A DNA stretch of 64,000 nucleotides from Acidimicrobiia bacterium (GTDB taxonomy: Bacteria; Actinomycetota; Acidimicrobiia; Spongiisociales; ZC4RG35), in assembly GCA_965216445.1 (NCBI GenBank), contig OZ244166.1:1565176-1629175 (forward strand), read 5' to 3'. Positions 47,598 to 58,743 of this stretch are shown in pieces. A program made the translations under genes and the position numbers. The notes under the pieces were generated by a model, which was not told the DNA's origin, did no database searches, and saw only the letters and a program-made list of their open reading frames with translations. Positions within the stretch are counted from its first letter, which is position 1; each line of letters begins with the position of its first letter.

Positions 47598-49334
47598 CTA
47601 TTGGCGCGCTCCCCCAACAGCTGCAAGATCGGCTTTGATGATTTCGACAAGTTCTTCCACTGCCGAGGTGGCCGAGACCTCCGAAGTCTCCATTTCGCGA
47701 CGCCGAGTCAGCTCCAACATTCCGGATTCGAGCCCTCTGGGGCCAACTGTCAGCCGATACGGGATTCCGACGAGCTCAGCGTCAGCGAACTTCACTCCGG
47801 GTCTCTCGACCCTGTCGTCGAGCAGCACATCGACTCCAGCGGCGTGCAACTGGTCATACAGCGACTCGGCGGCAGCCATCGTCGCCTCGTCGTCAGCCCG
47901 AAGAACGGTGATGACAAGCTGGAACGGAGCCACCGTTACAGGCCAAACGATGCCTTTGTCGTCATGGGAACCTTCGACAATTGCTGCCATGGCTCGCTCG
48001 ACACCGATTCCGTATGAACCCATGATGATGGGGTGGCTGTTTCCCTCCTCATCCTGGACATAAGCGCCAAACGCCTCTGAATACCGAGTGCCCAGCTTGA
48101 AGATGTGACCCACCTCGATGCCTTTCCAAAGCTCCAATGAGCCGCCACAGTTGATACAACTATCGCCCGAGCGGACCGAGCGGAGATCAAGCCAACGCGA
48201 CACTTCGATGTCTCGGTTCACCGAGACCCCCTGATAGTGCCAGTCGTCTTCGTTGGCTCCGGTCACCATGTTGTGGCGGTTTTGCAGAGCTATGTCAGCA
48301 ACGATTTCGATCCCCGAAGCTCCGACTCCGCCGAGACTGCCAGGCTTCGCACCCATTAGCTCCTGGATCTCGTCGGGTTTTGCCGTCCGAATGTCCTCAC
48401 CGACACCGAAAGCGTCCAGAAGCTTCTGCTCCTCGAGATCGTGGTCGCCCCGCATGAGTACGAGGACGGGCTTCCCGTCAAGGAAGTACACGAGACTCTT
48501 GATCTGGTTTTCTGGTCCGGCGAGTTCGGGGTGGGCCTCAGCGAGCGCCTTAATGGTCCTCAGCCCCGGTGTGGCGAAGCGTTCCAGGTCCTGGGCTGGA
48601 CCATCGTCCATTGTGCCCAAAGTCGACGTTGCCTTCTCACGATTCGCCTGGTAGTCGCCATTCTCGCAGGTGACGATCCAGTCTTCCCCGGCATCGCTCC
48701 GTACGACGAACTCAACAGACTCGGTGCCTCCCATCGCTCCGGACGACGCCTCTACGTCGAACGCTTCCATCCCAAAGCGGGCGAAGATCTTGTGATAGGC
48801 CTCACGATGTTTGGTGAACCCGACGTCGAGGCCGGGGGCGTCGATGTCGAGGCTGTATGAGTCTTTCATCGTGAACTCGCGCACGCGGAGCAAACCCGAC
48901 TTAGGTCTTGGCTCATCCCGAAACTTGGTGTGCATCTGGTACCAAATCTGTGGGAGTTGCCGGTATGAGAACAACTCCGAAGCGAGCATCGCGAAAATCT
49001 CCTCTTCGGTGAAGCCAAGGACCATGTCGACCGCCCTTCGATCCTGAAGCTTGAAGAGGATGTCGCCCACCAAGTCGTATCGCTCGGATTGTTTCAAGAT
49101 CTCGGCCGGATGGAGAGTTGGGAGCATCATCTCCTGCCCACCGATCGCAGCCATCTCCTCACGGATGACCTGGGCAATCTTCAATCGGGTTTTCTGGCCC
49201 AGTGGAAGCATGGTGTAGGAGCCAGCGGCGAGCTGGCGGATGAAGCCACCCCTGACCAGGAGCTTGTGACTTACCGCCTCGGCATCCGCAGGGTCATCGC
49301 GGAGGGTGGGGATAAATGTGTGGGACCAGCGCAT
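47598..49334 (-). CDS. proS: proline--tRNA ligase
   Basis: Class II aaRS motifs and ProRS editing insertion. Start set at the internal Met (MRWSHTFIPTLRD) because the longer ORF from 49490 overlaps the ispG 3' end by 74 nt. Confidence 0.85.
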   Translation of the reverse strand: MRWSHTFIPTLRDDPADAEAVSHKLLVRGGFIRQLAAGSYTMLPLGQKTRLKIAQVIREEMAAIGGQEMMLPTLHPAEILKQSERYDLVGDILFKLQDRRAVDMVLGFTEEEIFAMLASELFSYRQLPQIWYQMHTKFRDEPRPKSGLLRVREFTMKDSYSLDIDAPGLDVGFTKHREAYHKIFARFGMEAFDVEASSGAMGGTESVEFVVRSDAGEDWIVTCENGDYQANREKATSTLGTMDDGPAQDLERFATPGLRTIKALAEAHPELAGPENQIKSLVYFLDGKPVLVLMRGDHDLEEQKLLDAFGVGEDIRTAKPDEIQELMGAKPGSLGGVGASGIEIVADIALQNRHNMVTGANEDDWHYQGVSVNRDIEVSRWLDLRSVRSGDSCINCGGSLELWKGIEVGHIFKLGTRYSEAFGAYVQDEEGNSHPIIMGSYGIGVERAMAAIVEGSHDDKGIVWPVTVAPFQLVITVLRADDEATMAAAESLYDQLHAAGVDVLLDDRVERPGVKFADAELVGIPYRLTVGPRGLESGMLELTRRREMETSEVSATSAVEELVEIIKADLAAVGGARQ

Positions 49335-49416
49335 CTGTTCAATCCAAGTTGGGTGTAGAGGATCAGACGGTAACCGATCCCAAAGAATTGACGGACCGAA
49401 ATACGCTTGTGAGGAA

Positions 49417-50625
49417 CTACTCGCCCTGGGCGACCTCCGCCACCCGTTTGCGGCGGTCACCGGACTTGTTGGCGTCGCCCTGGATTTCAATCAGCTGCTG
49501 CCGGGTTGCCTTGGCAATCTCGTCGGCGTTGGCCTCGGCGTGAGCCAGACGACTCTCCACCCCTTCTTCCACCAGTTTCTTGGCCTCGTCCAAGAGAGCA
49601 TCCACCATTTCCGACTCGGGGACCACCCTCACCACCTGACCTTTAATGAACAGGTGACCTTTGCCTCGACCGGCCGCAATCCCGATATCGGCTTCTCTCG
49701 CCTCGCCGGGACCGTTCACGACACAACCCATAACGGCAACCTGGATGGGCAGATTGGCATCCTCGAGAGCCTTTTGAGCGCGTGTAGTCACATCGATCAC
49801 GTCCACCTCAGCGCGCCCGCACGAAGGGCAAGCGATCAGATCAAGGCCCTTTCGCTCACGTAGCCCAAGGAACTCAAGCAACTGACGACCCGCCTTCGCC
49901 TCTTGAACCGGGTCAGCGGTGAGCGAAAAACGGATGGTGTCGCCGATCCCTTCGTTGAGGAGGGTTGCGATACCGGCGACCGACTTGATCAACCCCGAAG
50001 GCGGCGGACCAGCCTCTGTCACTCCCAGATGGAGCGGGTAGTCGACCGTGTCAGCCAGCAGACGATAAGAGTCGATCATCGACGGGACGTGGGAATGTTT
50101 CACCGAGATTTTGATATCTCGAAAGTCGACCTCCTCCAGATAGCGGATCTCGATCTGCGCCGACTCGACCAACGCCTCAGGAACCGCGGAGCCGTATTTC
50201 GCCAGGAGGTCTTTGTCCAATGACCCTGCGTTGACGCCGATTCGGATCGGGACACCACGATCCAGGGCCTCCCTGGCCACGGCCTTGATTTGGTCCTCTT
50301 TCCGGATGTTCCCCGGATTGAGCCGAAGACCTTGAACCCCGGCCTCCAACGCCGCTAGGGCAAGCCGGTATTGGTAGTGGATGTCGGCGATGATCGGGAC
50401 CGGACTTCGGGGGATGATCTCAGCAAGCCCCTGCGCTGCTTCCACTTCGTTGCAGGTGATCCGGACGATGTCTGCGCCCGCACCAGCCAGGGCATAAACC
50501 TGAGCCAACGTCCCGTCGACGTCAGCAGTCTTGGAGGTGGTCATCGATTGAACCGAAATCGGTGCGAGACCGCCGACCGGAACCTTCCCAACATGGAGTT
50601 GGCGTGTGTTTCTGCGTTCAATCAT
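49417..50625 (-). CDS. ispG: 4-hydroxy-3-methylbut-2-en-1-yl diphosphate synthase (flavodoxin)
   Basis: GcpE family; TIM-barrel N-domain and 4Fe-4S C-domain (CPSCGR...GC); 402 aa. Confidence 0.9.
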   Translation of the reverse strand: MIERRNTRQLHVGKVPVGGLAPISVQSMTTSKTADVDGTLAQVYALAGAGADIVRITCNEVEAAQGLAEIIPRSPVPIIADIHYQYRLALAALEAGVQGLRLNPGNIRKEDQIKAVAREALDRGVPIRIGVNAGSLDKDLLAKYGSAVPEALVESAQIEIRYLEEVDFRDIKISVKHSHVPSMIDSYRLLADTVDYPLHLGVTEAGPPPSGLIKSVAGIATLLNEGIGDTIRFSLTADPVQEAKAGRQLLEFLGLRERKGLDLIACPSCGRAEVDVIDVTTRAQKALEDANLPIQVAVMGCVVNGPGEAREADIGIAAGRGKGHLFIKGQVVRVVPESEMVDALLDEAKKLVEEGVESRLAHAEANADEIAKATRQQLIEIQGDANKSGDRRKRVAEVAQGE

Positions 50626-50658
50626 CGGTGTGAACGGTAGCCCGCAATGGAGGTGTAA

Positions 50659-51774
50659 TCAGAGAGCAATGGGGTTGACGACATCGAGGATGATCGCCAC
50701 CAACCCGAGGAATCCGAACAAGATGACCACGGCTGCCGCCACGGGGATCATCTTCTCGATATTCGCTTCCCGGTGAGTCACCTTCTCGTACAGCGCCACG
50801 GCGAAATGGCCACCGTCGAGCGGGAACAGCGGCAACAGGTTCAGAGTCGCCAGGATCACATTGACCAGGGCAAGGATGCCGACGAAAGCCGCAGCAGATT
50901 CCATTTGAGTGCCGATATTGACGATGCCGATCGGGCTCACCGGACGAATCTCTTGATCCACGTCGGTGTTGCCAACAAGCACACCGAAGTATTGGGCGAT
51001 GTTGGACGGGCGGAGCATCTCGCCCAACGATCTGAAGGTGTTGGTGATTCCCTCCCAGACCAGCTGACCAGCCATGCCGATCCCTTGGAATACTCCTACG
51101 TCTTCGGACACAAACGTGGGACTGATCCCGAGGAATCCTGTGGTACCCGAACCGTCCTGGGACGGCTGAGAGATCAGAGTTGTCTCCAACGTGAGCACTT
51201 CACCGTCCCGGTCGACGACGATCTCGGTGGGCTCGCCACCGACAACAGCAAGAGCGGCAACAACCTCATCCCAGGTGGACACGTCCTGGCCCCCAATGGC
51301 GAGAATGGTGTCACCAGGTTCGATCCCGGCCAGACTCGCGGGCGAAGCCTGTGAGACACCGTCAACCTCGACAGTTTCGACGAGGGTATCCACTTCGGGA
51401 AGAGGCGTGGCCGTTCCCTGGGTCACCACAATCCCAAAGAAGAGAATGAATGCGATCAAGAAGTTGGTCCCGACTCCGGCAAGGACGACGAAGCTCTTCT
51501 CCCAGAACTTCTTCTCACGATATGTTCGCCCGAGGTCCCCTGGCTCGACCTCTTCGAGTGGGTTCATCCCGACGATCCGCACGTAACCGCCAAGAGGAAG
51601 CCACTTGAATCCGTATTCGGTTTCGCCGCGCTGCGTCGACCAGATCTTGGGTCCAAACCCGAAGAAGAACTGAGTTGCCTTCATTCCGACCGCTTTGGCA
51701 GCCAAGAAATGACCCGCCTCGTGAGCGGTGACGAAGAGGATGATGGCAAGAGCGGCGGCGATTCCACCAAGCAT
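50659..51774 (-). CDS. site-2 protease, M50-family zinc metalloprotease (RseP/Rip1-like) with PDZ domain
   Basis: HEAGH zinc motif at the N-terminus, a central PDZ domain, and LDGG in the last TM helix. Confidence 0.85.
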   Translation of the reverse strand: MLGGIAAALAIILFVTAHEAGHFLAAKAVGMKATQFFFGFGPKIWSTQRGETEYGFKWLPLGGYVRIVGMNPLEEVEPGDLGRTYREKKFWEKSFVVLAGVGTNFLIAFILFFGIVVTQGTATPLPEVDTLVETVEVDGVSQASPASLAGIEPGDTILAIGGQDVSTWDEVVAALAVVGGEPTEIVVDRDGEVLTLETTLISQPSQDGSGTTGFLGISPTFVSEDVGVFQGIGMAGQLVWEGITNTFRSLGEMLRPSNIAQYFGVLVGNTDVDQEIRPVSPIGIVNIGTQMESAAAFVGILALVNVILATLNLLPLFPLDGGHFAVALYEKVTHREANIEKMIPVAAAVVILFGFLGLVAIILDVVNPIAL

Positions 51775-51820
51775 CCCAGAAGGCTACCCCCGAACCGGGC
51801 CTACTCGAGGGTATGGGAGA

Positions 51821-52963
51821 TCAACACACCCCGGCGATCAATGACGCTGCCACACCACGTGCCTCAGCGTCCACAGCGACCACGTCTTCAAATGTCTCCA
51901 GCTCTCGCCAAGTAACGTCGTCGAGAGTTTGTTCCACAACTCGAGCGATCCCGGTGAATCCCAACCGTTTCTGGAGGAAGGCTTCCACTGCGACTTCGTC
52001 TGCGGCGTTGAGAACCGCAGGTGCCGAACCGCCCTCCGAACCGGCGCGAAATGCGAGGTCGAGAGCAGGGAACTTGACCCGGTCGGGGGCTTCGAATTCG
52101 AGCGTCCTACCCACAAACGAAAATGGTTCAGCCAATCCGCGCCCGCGACCCGGGGCGGTGATGGCGTATTGGATCGGGATTCTCATGTCGGCGTGCCCGA
52201 GATGTCCCTTCCAGGAGCCGTCGACGAATTCGACCATTGAGTGAACGATGGACTGGGGATGAACAACCACGTCTATCTGGTCATAAGAAAGGCCAAACAG
52301 GAAGTGGGCTTCGATCACTTCCAGACCTTTGTTGAACAACGTCGCCGAGTCGATCGTGATCCGCTGGCCCATATCCCAAGTCGGGTGGTTCAGCGCCTGT
52401 TCCGGGGTCGCAGCGTCCAATTGCTCCTGGGACCAACCACGAAAGGGCCCCCCGGATGCGGTGAGAACCAACTTCGCAACGTCGCCCATGTTCTCACCCA
52501 CAAGACACTGGAAAAGGGCCGAGTGCTCACTGTCGATCGGGATCAGCTCTCCCCCTTCGGCCAACTTCTTGGCTACGACCGGCCCCCCGGCGACGAGACT
52601 CTCCTTGTTGGCCAGTCCGACGCGATTGCCCGCACCCAAAGCGTTGAGGGTCGCCCTCAAACCGGCTGCGCCCACGATCCCGTTTACGACTACAGCTCCT
52701 GGCGTAGCCGAGACTTCTGCTACCGCATCCGCCCCAAACTGAACCGGGCGGCCCAGGGCCGCCACAAAATCTGACCGCTCTGAGTTCGCTCCGCCGGCAA
52801 CGACAACCGTTGCGTCTCCGTACTTCTTTGCTTGCGCAAGCAACGCTTCGCTGGGGTTTCGGGCAGCCAGTGCGGCGACCGGGATACCCAGATTGTCAGC
52901 TACTTCCAGGGTCTGGGTGCCGATCGAACCAGTCGAGCCGAGGACAACGACCGGTATCGTCAC
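51821..52963 (-). CDS. dxr: 1-deoxy-D-xylulose-5-phosphate reductoisomerase
   Basis: N-terminal VVVLGSTGSIGTQTL NADPH-binding motif and the Dxr catalytic/C-terminal domains; 380 aa. Confidence 0.9.
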   Translation of the reverse strand: MTIPVVVLGSTGSIGTQTLEVADNLGIPVAALAARNPSEALLAQAKKYGDATVVVAGGANSERSDFVAALGRPVQFGADAVAEVSATPGAVVVNGIVGAAGLRATLNALGAGNRVGLANKESLVAGGPVVAKKLAEGGELIPIDSEHSALFQCLVGENMGDVAKLVLTASGGPFRGWSQEQLDAATPEQALNHPTWDMGQRITIDSATLFNKGLEVIEAHFLFGLSYDQIDVVVHPQSIVHSMVEFVDGSWKGHLGHADMRIPIQYAITAPGRGRGLAEPFSFVGRTLEFEAPDRVKFPALDLAFRAGSEGGSAPAVLNAADEVAVEAFLQKRLGFTGIARVVEQTLDDVTWRELETFEDVVAVDAEARGVAASLIAGVC

Positions 52964-54168
52964 AGAAGTCCGAAACCCCTGAACAACAAGTAGACAGCAG
53001 GAACCGCCATCAGGAAGCTATCGATGCGGTCGAGCATTCCACCGTGGCCCGGTAACACTGAGCCCATGTCTTTGACACCCATGGCTCTCTTGATGGCCGA
53101 TTCAATGAGATCGCCAATGGGACCGAACAGGCCAACCGTCACCGCTATTGCCAAACCGCGACCGATGCCGATTGCCTCCCAAGCGGGGAACGTGGTGAGG
53201 ATCGAAGCGACTACAGCTGATGCCACGAGTCCGCCGATGAGCCCTTCCACCGTCTTGTTGGGCGAGACCTCAGGTGCGAGCTTGCGGCGTCCGAACGAGC
53301 GGCCCACGAAATAGGCGCCCATATCGTTGAAAGCAATCAACAGGACGACGAAGAGAATGAATGCAACCGGCTGAGCACCCTGCTCGATCAGGATCGCAAA
53401 AGCCAACATGCCAACCCAACCCATACCCATGATCGTTATGGATGCGTTCTGAAGAGCGTCCCGTCGTGGGGCCAAGGCAAAGAAGAGGACTGTGAGAACC
53501 GTCGCCAGTGCAGCCCAGCCTCCAATCGCGACCGGTCCGACCTGGGCCGCTCCCACTCCCATCATGGCTACGCCGATGAGCCCGAAGAGGGCAATGGGCC
53601 GATATCCCACCGTGCGAACGGTGGCGTAGAACTCGCCAAGGGCCACAACCATCACGAGGATCACAAAACCGGCAAACCACCATCCGCCGAGGAGAAGGCT
53701 GCCGAGGAACAAGCCGAAAATCACAAGCGCGGAGGCCACCCTCAGGGTGAAGTCCGAAGCGGCCGCCTGGGCGTGCACCTCGTGCTCCTCCATCTCAACC
53801 CTGGCCGTGCCCGCGACATCATCGAAACCGACCATCCCGCTGTCGACGCCGGCGACAGCCGCAGAAACCGCTTGCTGCTCCCATTCGCGATTGGCCGCCG
53901 CCGCAACTTCTTCGGCGAGACCTTCGTACTCTTGAGTCGAATGGGCGGTGTATTCAGCCGCGCTGAAGTCTTCGAATTCGGATACCGAGGCGAGCTCCTC
54001 GTCCTCTAGGGCTCCTTCGCCGTCATCCACCTGGATCCCCGGGAGAGGCACAACCTCAGCCCCGGAATCATTTTCCTCCGAAGCGGTCACTTCGGACTCG
54101 GTGGTGTCCTCTTCCCACGGCCTGCCGAATTTGTTCTCATCTCCGTTGTTGGGACCCTGCTCGTCCAA
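52960..54168 (-). CDS. cdsA: phosphatidate cytidylyltransferase with about 130-aa acidic N-terminal extension
   Basis: CTP_transf_1 core with C-terminal signature (GDLIESAIKR..GVKDMGSVLPGHGGMLDRIDS). The start may be the internal Met (MEEHEV...), which would drop the extension. Confidence 0.8.
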   Translation of the reverse strand: MDEQGPNNGDENKFGRPWEEDTTESEVTASEENDSGAEVVPLPGIQVDDGEGALEDEELASVSEFEDFSAAEYTAHSTQEYEGLAEEVAAAANREWEQQAVSAAVAGVDSGMVGFDDVAGTARVEMEEHEVHAQAAASDFTLRVASALVIFGLFLGSLLLGGWWFAGFVILVMVVALGEFYATVRTVGYRPIALFGLIGVAMMGVGAAQVGPVAIGGWAALATVLTVLFFALAPRRDALQNASITIMGMGWVGMLAFAILIEQGAQPVAFILFVVLLIAFNDMGAYFVGRSFGRRKLAPEVSPNKTVEGLIGGLVASAVVASILTTFPAWEAIGIGRGLAIAVTVGLFGPIGDLIESAIKRAMGVKDMGSVLPGHGGMLDRIDSFLMAVPAVYLLFRGFGLL

Positions 54169-54170
54169 GT

Positions 54171-54722
54171 TCAGACCTCTGTCAGTTCTTCTTCTTTGTT
54201 GCTGACCAAGGCATCGACACGATCGACGTACTTGTCGGTCAGTTTCTGAAGATCATCTTCGCCTCTTCGGATGTCATCATCGGATATTTCGCCGTGAAGA
54301 TTCTCCATCTCGCTTTTGGCGTGCCGACGAATGTTACGTATCGCGACCCGGCCCTCCTCGGCCATGTGTTTCACGACGCGGATCAGATCCTTGCGTCGCT
54401 CCTCTGTCAAAGTGGGAAAGGCAATGCGCACTACGGATCCGTCATTGGTTGGATTTAGCCCCAGGTCTGCTTGTTGAATCGCACGCTCGATCTCACCGAT
54501 CACGCTCTGATCGAACGGGTTGACGACCAAGAGACGTGGCTCCGGGACGGATATCGACGCCAACTGCTGCAATGGAGTCTGGGTTCCGTAGTACTCGACA
54601 GTGATGCGCTGCAGCAGCTGAGGATTCGCCCGCCCGGTCCGGACCGTAGAGAACTCTCCGGCGACGTGGTCAACCGCAGCGTCCATCTTCAATTCTGCCT
54701 CCGCCAGCAAGTCGTCGATCAT
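54171..54722 (-). CDS. frr: ribosome recycling factor
   Basis: 183 aa; canonical RRF sequence. Confidence 0.9.
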   Translation of the reverse strand: MIDDLLAEAELKMDAAVDHVAGEFSTVRTGRANPQLLQRITVEYYGTQTPLQQLASISVPEPRLLVVNPFDQSVIGEIERAIQQADLGLNPTNDGSVVRIAFPTLTEERRKDLIRVVKHMAEEGRVAIRNIRRHAKSEMENLHGEISDDDIRRGEDDLQKLTDKYVDRVDALVSNKEEELTEV

Positions 54723-54748
54723 CCCAGCCTCCTCAAACGCAGATCCGA

Positions 54749-55552
54749 CTAGTGGACAATGGTGCCGATTCCGTCACCACGAACAGCTTTCAAGATGTTG
54801 CCCGGTTGTGTCATGTCGAACACAACAATGGGCACACCGTGCTCTTTGCACATCGTAACTGCTGTCGTATCCATCACTCTCAGTTCTCTGGCAATGAAAT
54901 CCATATACGAAAGATCCGAGATGCGCACCGCGTCGGGATTCGTAGCCGGATCCGAGTCGTAGATCCCATCAACCATGCTTGCCTTCAGGAGTGAATCTGC
55001 GTCCATCTCGATGGCTCGGAGAGCTGCTGTTGTGTCGGTCGTGAAGAAAGGACTTCCGGTGCCGGCCGCGAATATGACAATTCGGCCCTTCTCCAGGTGA
55101 CGCATGGCTCGGAGACGGATGTAAGGCTCGGCCAGCTCCTGCATGGTGATGGCGCTCTGCACTCTGGTGTCCATGCCCTGCTTCTCCAGGGCGTCCCGGA
55201 GTGCGAGGGCGTTGATGACCGTCGCCAGCATTCCCATGTAGTCGGCCGTGGCCGGGTCCATGCCCTTGGCAGCAGACGACACTCCACGGAAGATGTTGCC
55301 ACCCCCAACGACGATCGCGGTCTCAGTGCCGTCTTTCACCGCCTGAGCTATCTCCTCTGCGACACGAACCACCGTTAGGGAATCGATGCCGTATCCGATC
55401 GCCGGATCGGCGAAGGCTTCTCCCGACAGCTTGAGGAGAACTCGTCGTTTTGAGGTCTGGGTCAACTTATCTCGATTCGCGCTTTCTCTATTCGCCGACG
55501 GCGATTCGGGCCATACGTCTGACCGAAATGTTCTCACCCATCTTGGATGCAA
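54749..55552 (-). CDS. pyrH: UMP kinase
   Basis: [10 protein letters not shown]...[10 protein letters not shown] amino-acid-kinase motifs. The ORF opens at 55552 inside tsf, so the real start is probably a downstream non-ATG near 55470. Confidence 0.85.
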   Translation of the reverse strand: MHPRWVRTFRSDVWPESPSANRESANRDKLTQTSKRRVLLKLSGEAFADPAIGYGIDSLTVVRVAEEIAQAVKDGTETAIVVGGGNIFRGVSSAAKGMDPATADYMGMLATVINALALRDALEKQGMDTRVQSAITMQELAEPYIRLRAMRHLEKGRIVIFAAGTGSPFFTTDTTAALRAIEMDADSLLKASMVDGIYDSDPATNPDAVRISDLSYMDFIARELRVMDTTAVTMCKEHGVPIVVFDMTQPGNILKAVRGDGIGTIVH

Positions 55553-56099
55553 GCTGGGAGATCATGTCTCCGACGGACCCGTCGAACCTATCAGCATTGA
55601 CGAACTTCTGGTCGTATAAGACGTTGTCTGCGTACCAGGACTCAATCTTGCCTGACACGATCTTATCGAGAACCTGTTCCGGCTTGCCTTCGGCGGCGGC
55701 CTGACGTGCAATCAACTCGCGCTCTTTCTCCACAGCGTCGGCGTCAACGTTATCGCGTTGAATCCAGCCGGGGTTACCCCAGCTGATGTGCATTGCCACA
55801 TCATCGGCGACCTGCCTGAACTCGTCGCTCTTGGCCACGAAGTCCGTTTCGCAAGCGAGCTCGACCATGACGCCCATCACCGGTCGGCCGTTCTGCATGT
55901 GTATGTAAGAGCCGATGGTGCCTTCGGTGGCCTGACGGTCGGCGCGTTTGGCCATCTTGGCCTGACCACGCTCACGAAGCAGTTCGAATGCTGCTTCGAA
56001 ATCACCTTCGGCATCCGACAGGGCTTTCTTGGCGTCCATCATCCCAACGCCGGCACTCTGGCGCAGCTTCTGAACGTCTTTTGCTGAAATCTCTGACAT
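55488..56099 (-). CDS. tsf: elongation factor Ts
   Basis: N-terminal UBA-like domain ([19 protein letters not shown]); 203 aa. Confidence 0.85.
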   Translation of the reverse strand: MSEISAKDVQKLRQSAGVGMMDAKKALSDAEGDFEAAFELLRERGQAKMAKRADRQATEGTIGSYIHMQNGRPVMGVMVELACETDFVAKSDEFRQVADDVAMHISWGNPGWIQRDNVDADAVEKERELIARQAAAEGKPEQVLDKIVSGKIESWYADNVLYDQKFVNADRFDGSVGDMISQLASKMGENISVRRMARIAVGE

Positions 56100-56120
56100 G
56101 AATTCTCCTGAACAACCCGA

Positions 56121-56849
56121 TCAAGACTCGGGTGTGTTTTCAACTTTCTTCTTGCCGCTCTTGGCCAGCGTCTCTCGGCCTTCGATGATCGCGTCAGCCA
56201 GAGCTCCCGCGATGAGATCTGAGGCGCGAATCGCATCGTCGTTGCCGGCGATCACATATTCGACGTTGTCGGGGTCGCAGTTCGAGTCGACCAACGCTAT
56301 GACAGGAATCCCGAGCCTGGCGGCTTCAGTGACCGCAGTCTCCTCAGCGTTGACGTCGATGACGAAGACGGCATCAGGGGTACGCTCCATTCCAGCCACG
56401 CCACCGAGGTTGGCTTCCAGCTTGGCCAGTTCCCTGCTCAACTTGAGGCGCTCCTTTTTGGTAAGCGCCTCCTGCTCGGGTGTGCCTTCCATCTGGCGAA
56501 GCTCACGCATGTAGAAGATTCGCTTCTGAATGGTTTGGAAGTTGGTCAACATCCCACCGAGCCATCGGTAGTTGACATAAGGCATCCCGGCGCGTTCAGC
56601 GTTCTCGGCAACGGCGGACTGAGCCTGCTTCTTGGTACCGACGAAGAGCACGTAGCCACCGCGCTCACCGATTTCTTTGACGAACTGAGCAGCATTGGCG
56701 ACCTGTTCGACTGTTTGGCGGAGGTCGATGATGTGGATCCCGTTGCGTTCTCCGTAGATGTAGGGACGCATCTTCGGGTTCCAACGTCTGGTTTGGTGGC
56801 CAAAATGCACACCAGCTTCCAGCAGCTGTTTCATAGTTACCGTAGGCAC
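56121..56849 (-). CDS. rpsB: 30S ribosomal protein S2
   Basis: [22 protein letters not shown] canonical S2 N-terminus; 242 aa. Confidence 0.9.
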   Translation of the reverse strand: MPTVTMKQLLEAGVHFGHQTRRWNPKMRPYIYGERNGIHIIDLRQTVEQVANAAQFVKEIGERGGYVLFVGTKKQAQSAVAENAERAGMPYVNYRWLGGMLTNFQTIQKRIFYMRELRQMEGTPEQEALTKKERLKLSRELAKLEANLGGVAGMERTPDAVFVIDVNAEETAVTEAARLGIPVIALVDSNCDPDNVEYVIAGNDDAIRASDLIAGALADAIIEGRETLAKSGKKKVENTPES

Positions 56850-57065
56850 GGTTGTTCCTTTCTGGTTGAACTTCCGCCTGCCGGTATTCCCACTCCGTTT
56901 CCGGGTGATCCTCTTTCAGCCAATGCGCTCAGCGCGGGCCGACCAGTGAGGATGGACAGACGTGCTTGATGATCAAAAGTGTAAAGCCTGGGCCGGCTAT
57001 TCGACAATCGGCTCCGGGCAGCGGCTCAAAGTGGAGAGCATCGCCATCTGAAAGGTGACGATTAC

Positions 57066-57845
57066 TCAGCCGAGGGCAAGCTCTCCGAGGCGGTTGCGGA
57101 GTGACATCATCGTCTTGGCGTGGATCTGACACACTCGAGACTCGGTTACGCCTAGAACCTCGCCAATCTCGGACAGGGTCATGCTTTCGTAGTAATAGAG
57201 GGTGACAACCAGACGGTCGCGTTCTGGCAGCTTGTTGATCGCCTCCACGAGACCCTCCCGGGTCTCCTCCACCTGGACCGCCGCCTCGGGTGAAATCACA
57301 CCGGGATCGGCCAACATGTCGCCAACGGATGTGGAAGAGTCCGTTCCAACCAACTCGTCCAAGGCGGCTATCCCGGTTCTCCCGATCTCAGCCAATGCCG
57401 ATTGCAGATCGTCGAGGGACATTTCCATGTGAGCCGCCAGCTCATCCTCAGTTGGTGCCCGTTGCAGGCGGTGCTCCAACTCGGTGATGGCCGTTTCGAT
57501 CAGACGGGAACGGGATCTAACCGATCGAGGCACCCAGTCCAGGGCTCGCAATTCGTCGAGAATTGCACCTTTGATTCGGTTGATGGCATAGGTCTCGAAC
57601 TTGAAACCACGTTCAGGTTCAAACTTGTCGATTGCGTCGATCAGGCCAAAAAGGCCGTAGGAGGCCAGATCGTTCTGATCCACCGAACGGGGAAGGCCTG
57701 CTCCAACTCGTCCTGCCACGTATTTGACCAGCGGGGAGTAGTGGAGAATCAATCTCTCCCGAACCGCGGCGTCGCCATCGGCTTTGAAAGAGCTCCACAA
57801 ACCGTCGATGACGGTCTTGTCAGGCTCTTGGATGGCTTCGGTCAT
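57066..57845 (-). CDS. whiG: FliA/WhiG-family (sigma-28-type) RNA polymerase sigma factor
   Basis: Region 2 ([18 protein letters not shown]) and region 4 ([37 protein letters not shown]) match FliA/WhiG. Start taken at the internal Met (MTEAIQ); the longer ORF runs to 57986. Confidence 0.7.
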   Translation of the reverse strand: MTEAIQEPDKTVIDGLWSSFKADGDAAVRERLILHYSPLVKYVAGRVGAGLPRSVDQNDLASYGLFGLIDAIDKFEPERGFKFETYAINRIKGAILDELRALDWVPRSVRSRSRLIETAITELEHRLQRAPTEDELAAHMEMSLDDLQSALAEIGRTGIAALDELVGTDSSTSVGDMLADPGVISPEAAVQVEETREGLVEAINKLPERDRLVVTLYYYESMTLSEIGEVLGVTESRVCQIHAKTMMSLRNRLGELALG

Positions 57846-58728
57846 ATGTGCCCCTGAGGTGCTCTCGTGTAACTGCAGTGTATATCTGTGTCGTCGCCAG
57901 ATCGGTGTGTCCCAATAAATCCTGTACGACGCGCAGGTCGGCCCCACCTTCGAGGAGATGGGTGGCGAAGCTATGTCGCAACGCATGAGGGAAGGTAGCC
58001 AGTCGATCTTTGACCACTCGGCGCACTCCCCTCGACCTCAACGGGCCACCTCTGACCCCAACCCATAACGCATCTCCCGCCTCTTCCCCAGCCAAAGCCG
58101 GACGACCCAGCGCGAGATAGTTGGCCAGCGCTCTTTGTGCCGGAACGCCGATCGGAACCCGCCGCTCTTTGTCACCTTTCCCAACAACAGTGATGATGTC
58201 GTCGTTAGCGGCATCGATGGTCATCGACGCCAACTCCGACACACGAAGCCCCGTCGCATACAAGAGTTCAATGATCGCGATATCTCTCAGTCCGACTGGA
58301 GAAGAGTCATCTATGGCATCGATCGCCCCACCAAGATGCCGACTGGCGATAGCGTGAGGGAGAGGTCGGTCGAGCTTCGGTCGCGACACCGCTTCGAACG
58401 GATTATTGGCGACAAGTCCACGTTTCCCGGCATCGACGTAGAAACTCGAAACTGAGGACGCCTTCCGTGATATCGAGCGCCGTGAATAGCCACGGGTATC
58501 CAGAAAAGCCAAAAACCGCCTCGCTTGTCTTCGGCTGACCTCATCGACAGATGTCACACCTGACCGAGCACAGAAGTCGAAAAACTGGGAGAGATCACGC
58601 CGATAGGCATCAACAGTGTTGACCGAGAGACCACGTTGATTCGCAAGCCGTTCCAAATACTCACCGATCTGGTCGGCGGCCCAATCCGGAGGCGGTGCAA
58701 GCTTCATACGACAATCGTATTGGAACAA
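57820..58728 (-). CDS. xerC: tyrosine recombinase XerC
   Basis: R..H..R..Y catalytic residues ([12 protein letters not shown]...[15 protein letters not shown]); conserved position next to dprA. Confidence 0.8.
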   Translation of the reverse strand: MFQYDCRMKLAPPPDWAADQIGEYLERLANQRGLSVNTVDAYRRDLSQFFDFCARSGVTSVDEVSRRQARRFLAFLDTRGYSRRSISRKASSVSSFYVDAGKRGLVANNPFEAVSRPKLDRPLPHAIASRHLGGAIDAIDDSSPVGLRDIAIIELLYATGLRVSELASMTIDAANDDIITVVGKGDKERRVPIGVPAQRALANYLALGRPALAGEEAGDALWVGVRGGPLRSRGVRRVVKDRLATFPHALRHSFATHLLEGGADLRVVQDLLGHTDLATTQIYTAVTREHLRGTYDRSHPRA

Positions 58729-58743
58729 TGTCGCGGCGCAGGG

